Origin: Marsupella aquatica
Taxonomy: Eukaryota; Plantae; Marchantiophyta
DNA length: 64,000 bases
Direction: 5' to 3'
Assembly: GCA_973895155.1 (NCBI GenBank)
Contig: OZ316895.1
Location: forward strand, 22,146,558 to 22,210,557
The translations under genes and the position numbers were made by a program. Under the pieces are notes generated by a model. It ran no database searches and had not been told where the DNA came from. It worked only from the letters and a program-made list of their open reading frames with translations. Below, one piece after another: positions 62,474 to 64,000 of the stretch. Numbering within the stretch: the first letter of the stretch is position 1; each line of letters opens with the position of its first letter.

Positions 62474-64000
62474 ACTCGTAGAGCTTGCCAGGTCCCGGAG
62501 ACAGCTTGTTATACTCGAAGGATGAGTTTAGGTCGAACACGGATTGGGGGTTTCCTGTGGAGGCATTCGATTGCCTAATGTCCGACAACCTTGAGAGTAC
62601 TACAGTACTCAGATACAGAACAGGTTTGCAGAGCGCCTTATTTGCCAGGAGAATGTACCGGTGGTTGGAATTGATGTCCCGGCGTCCTGTTTTCCGAGGC
62701 TATTAATTGTCCTGTGCGACGGGAATTTCGTGGGCCTCAACCAGGAGCACCCTGAGCATGTTTTCAACTTTCCCTGCAACAAATAACCTGACTGGACGAT
62801 ATGGTTTTCGATAGCTCGACTGATCGACCTCGTAATATTCTTCTGAAATCGATTAATGGAATGCGCAGCCTAGAAGGTTCAGGCACGGTTCAAGCTAGAC
62901 GACAGACAAATTCAAGGGTGCTTCTTTCGGTTGGTAGAATTGAAGCTAGTTATCTCTGGACAGAGGCGACTATGAATTCCCGACTGACGATGGATGGAGT
63001 TTGACAACAGAACTTTTCAACTCATCTAGTTGAGAGCATCGTACTGCTTTCTGAGACGAGGTAACTGAGGAGGTAAACAGCCATTACGGGTTTTGGCAGA
63101 TAGCAATCAGAGGAACCTTGTTGTAGGCGTTGTTGGTATTCTAGAGCACTCAGGGCCGATTTCAACGATGAGGCTAGCGACGCAGGTCGAATCACCCCAA
63201 CGATCATGATGCTGAACTATGAAATACTGGATCAACGAAGAAATGTGTCGAAGCATTTCCCGTGACAGATGGAACAAACTACTTGTACTAACTTCCCGGG
63301 TGTTGCTCAGGAGATCGATATCACTGATACTAGTAGATAGATAGAAAACAAATTCACAGTTCTGTTGGCACTGGCGAACGTCCCATCGATGGAAGTTCTT
63401 CGATTTGTGAAATTTTTGTCATTTTTTGTCAGTAAACGTCACTCTTTATTTACTTGAGGCTGTCGAAGAATAACAGCAGATTCCGGATAGAATGAAGAGA
63501 GAGACAGCGTATCTTCCTAATTGAGTAAGTCCAATGACAGATTGGAGCAAGGGGTTTCATTCAGGACAAAAGAGTTTCGGGCACCAGCTGACCGGCATAG
63601 CCTGGACTCTCGGCTTCTTCGGTTATGTGGTCACTTTATGATAGCAATGGTGCTAGACTGCTAGATGTAACACTTTGCATGTCATTGATGTCAAGGAGAG
63701 CATTAATTTTATTTCAATCCGCGCACGCACATGATTTATGGTTGGAGTCAACAAAGCAGTACGATTCGTAGGCTTTAAATGATTGCCCCGTGCACATTTC
63801 AAAGCCACAGCCGTGTTCTCGCACGGAGAGCAATCAAAATCCTCTGAAGGAAGTTCGACAGCTAATGAGAAACGCAATTGAACCTGTTAGCGGGAACCCG
63901 GGTTCACATTGGAACCCGAAGCCCGCCACGAACTTCATTGAGGACCGACGAGAAAAGGGTGAGGGTGAAATTTCACAAAGTAACAAAGCATTTTAACTGT

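Overview
Repeat-rich plant nuclear DNA, probably from a liverwort, inferred because the intronless front-end desaturase resembles the Marchantia delta-6 desaturase as I recall it. There are three credible host genes. (1) A six-exon GH32 vacuolar-invertase-family gene (23790-27760, +) whose 9-nt micro-exon completes an unusual YMSDPCA sucrose-binding box and which carries fructosyltransferase-type substitutions. (2) A cytochrome-b5-fused front-end (delta-6-type) fatty-acid desaturase (50104-51570, -). (3) A small multi-pass membrane protein (62057-62473, +). Mobile DNA includes a full-length but disabled Ty1/copia element (31019-37950, -, TSD CAACT), Helitron termini, a LINE fragment, satellites and old inverted repeats. 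The most unusual structure is a 3257-bp insertion (39754-43010) with TG...CA ends and a 5-bp TSD (TCCTC), which are integrase hallmarks, but with ~232-bp INVERTED terminal repeats. The left end looks like a complete LTR with an adjacent polypurine tract. The right end is an inverted copy of that same LTR end, joined through a 58-bp fold-back and a 7-bp microhomology. It carries one intact 610-aa coiled-coil ORF and no gag/pol. I read it as a 'copy-back' retroelement that integrated as a TIR-like element. All calls come from reading the sequence by eye; no database searches were run.
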